DNA of 64,000 nt. It comes from an uncultured Actinomycetes bacterium. Its GTDB lineage: Bacteria > Actinomycetota > UBA4738 > HRBIN12. The DNA is taken from contig CAVPIB010000001.1 in assembly GCA_963704885.1 (NCBI GenBank), positions 448,001-512,000 of the forward strand. The letters run 5' to 3'. This document shows positions 62,604 through 64,000 of the stretch, in pieces. Every line of letters starts with the position of its first letter. Within the stretch, counting starts at the first letter, position 1. The position numbers were made by a program, and so were the translations under genes. Under the pieces are notes generated by a model. The model had not been told where the DNA came from. It saw only the letters and a list, made by a program, of their open reading frames with translations, and did no database searches.

Positions 62604-63759
62604 TCCGCATCGAAACACGGGTTCGGAGGTCACTCGCAGATCGTTCCTGGCGCGTGCGGGGCTAACCGCGGCCGGTCTCGCGGCGGCAGGCACGCTGGTC
62701 GGCGTTCTCGCTTCGACGAAGTCCGCGAGCGGTGCGACCTGGCGGGTGCCGAAGGAAGACTCTCCGCTCGCGCGCATGTGGATGGCCTGGCCCTCGAACG
62801 TCAACATCTGGGGGACCAGGCTCCTGAGAGGGATCCAGACCGACATCGCGACGCTCGCGAAGGAGGTCGCGAAGCACACGCCGGTCATCATGTGCGCGAC
62901 GGATCCGAGTGCGGCCACGACGGCCCGCGGCATGTGCGGGCCTACGGTGACGGTGATCAGCTCGATCCCCGTTGACGATTGCTGGATGCGCGACACAGGT
63001 CCGTTGTTCCGCATCGATGGCGTCGGCGGCCGGGACGCGTTCGGCCTGAACTTCAACGGATGGGGCAACGAGCAGGCGCACGTCAAGGATGTGCTCGTCG
63101 CGGGGCGTATTGCCGCATACGCGGGAGTCTCGCCGTTCACCTCGGCGAGCATCGTGGGCGAGGGCGGTGCCGTGGAGTACGACGGCGACGGCACGCTGAT
63201 GGCCACGGAGAGTTCGCTGGTCAACGCTAACCGTAACCCCGGCAAGACGAAGGCGCAGGTCGAGGCCGAGCTTCTCAGTAAGTACGGGGCGACCAAGATG
63301 ATCTGGTTCCCAGGACTCGTAGGCAAAGACATCACCGACGACCACATCGATGGCACCGCTCGCTTCGTCCGCCCGGGGGTCGTGATCAACCAACTCTCGC
63401 CACCTGGCCGCACAGATATCTGGGCGCAGGATGAGCGGCAGATCGACCTGATCCTCCGCAGCTCCACCGACGCCAAAGGCCGGCAGCTGCAGCTCTACAC
63501 CGTGTACGGACCGGACTCGCTCCCCCGGGTGCCCCGAGACAAGCGGCGTTCGTTCTTCGATGGGTACGTGAACTTCTGCATCGCGGGTGATGCGGTGATC
63601 ACGGCGCAGTTCGGGGACGCAGAGAAGGATGCCGCCGCGAAGGCCACGATCGAGGCCGCGTTCCCCGGGAAGACCTGCGTGCAGCTCGATCTGGACCATC
63701 TGCACGGCGATGGCGGCGGGGGTGCCCACTGCGTCACGATGCAGGAACCTCTGCCCTGA
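62596..63759 (+). CDS. Tat-exported agmatine/peptidylarginine deiminase family protein
   Basis: TRRSFLAR followed by hydrophobic stretch; DDCWMRDTGP, GEGG, DDHIDG, GGAHCVTMQ. Confidence 0.88.
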   Translation: MGDPHRNTGSEVTRRSFLARAGLTAAGLAAAGTLVGVLASTKSASGATWRVPKEDSPLARMWMAWPSNVNIWGTRLLRGIQTDIATLAKEVAKHTPVIMCATDPSAATTARGMCGPTVTVISSIPVDDCWMRDTGPLFRIDGVGGRDAFGLNFNGWGNEQAHVKDVLVAGRIAAYAGVSPFTSASIVGEGGAVEYDGDGTLMATESSLVNANRNPGKTKAQVEAELLSKYGATKMIWFPGLVGKDITDDHIDGTARFVRPGVVINQLSPPGRTDIWAQDERQIDLILRSSTDAKGRQLQLYTVYGPDSLPRVPRDKRRSFFDGYVNFCIAGDAVITAQFGDAEKDAAAKATIEAAFPGKTCVQLDLDHLHGDGGGGAHCVTMQEPLP

Positions 63760-63803
63760 CGGACCTTCCTCGAGGAGCTTGCCGCCCCGGACCGGGGGGA
63801 GTC

Positions 63804-64000
63804 CTACCCATTCTGAAGCCGCCGGATCTCTTCAGTCACGGCCGGAACCACCGCGCGCAGGTCGCCGATCACGGCGTAGTCGGCGTGCGCCAGGATCGGC
63901 GCCTCGGGATCCGTGTTGATGGCCAGGATCTTCTTCGCCGCCTTGCATCCCACGATGTGCTGGATGGCGCCGCTGATGCCGCAGGCGATGTACAGGTCGG
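63804..64000 (-). CDS. etfA: Electron transfer flavoprotein alpha subunit, 3' end only
   Basis: Not in ORF track; reads DLYIACGISGAIQHIVG..AINTDPEAPI..ADYAVIGDL. Confidence 0.93.
   Translation of the reverse strand, partial: DLYIACGISGAIQHIVGCKAAKKILAINTDPEAPILAHADYAVIGDLRAVVPAVTEEIRRLQNG

Overview
High-GC chromosomal segment, most likely from a deep-branching Actinomycetota (inferred from an ECF42/DGPF pair, WS/DGAT, a mycothiol-type Zn-ADH, HAD-IB/Ssd-CpaE neighbourhood and many leaderless TANNNT promoters). About 55 mostly housekeeping or envelope genes. No integrase, transposase, phage or CRISPR was seen. Most notable: (1) an unannotated ~137-nt rod-shaped ncRNA with its own sigma70 promoter directly downstream of a HAD-IB hydrolase, the syntenic position of Ms1/MTS2823, i.e. 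a compact Ms1/6S-like RNA candidate; (2) a head-to-head pair of circularly permuted PafA-like alkaline-phosphatase-superfamily proteins, one catalytically complete and one a pseudoenzyme, between a znuCB-zur/ycgRQ zinc cluster lacking znuA and a 1138-aa GT-C-like/MFS fusion; (3) a structured 5' leader with two possible pseudoknots before a group-2 sigma factor; (4) tRNA-Sec; (5) a ~2565-aa, 17xDUF11 surface protein with a near-exact 1500-bp tandem duplication; (6) a Tat-exported agmatine/peptidylarginine deiminase. At least eight single-base insertions break otherwise intact genes and are probably sequencing errors. All calls come from motif recognition by eye; no searches were run.
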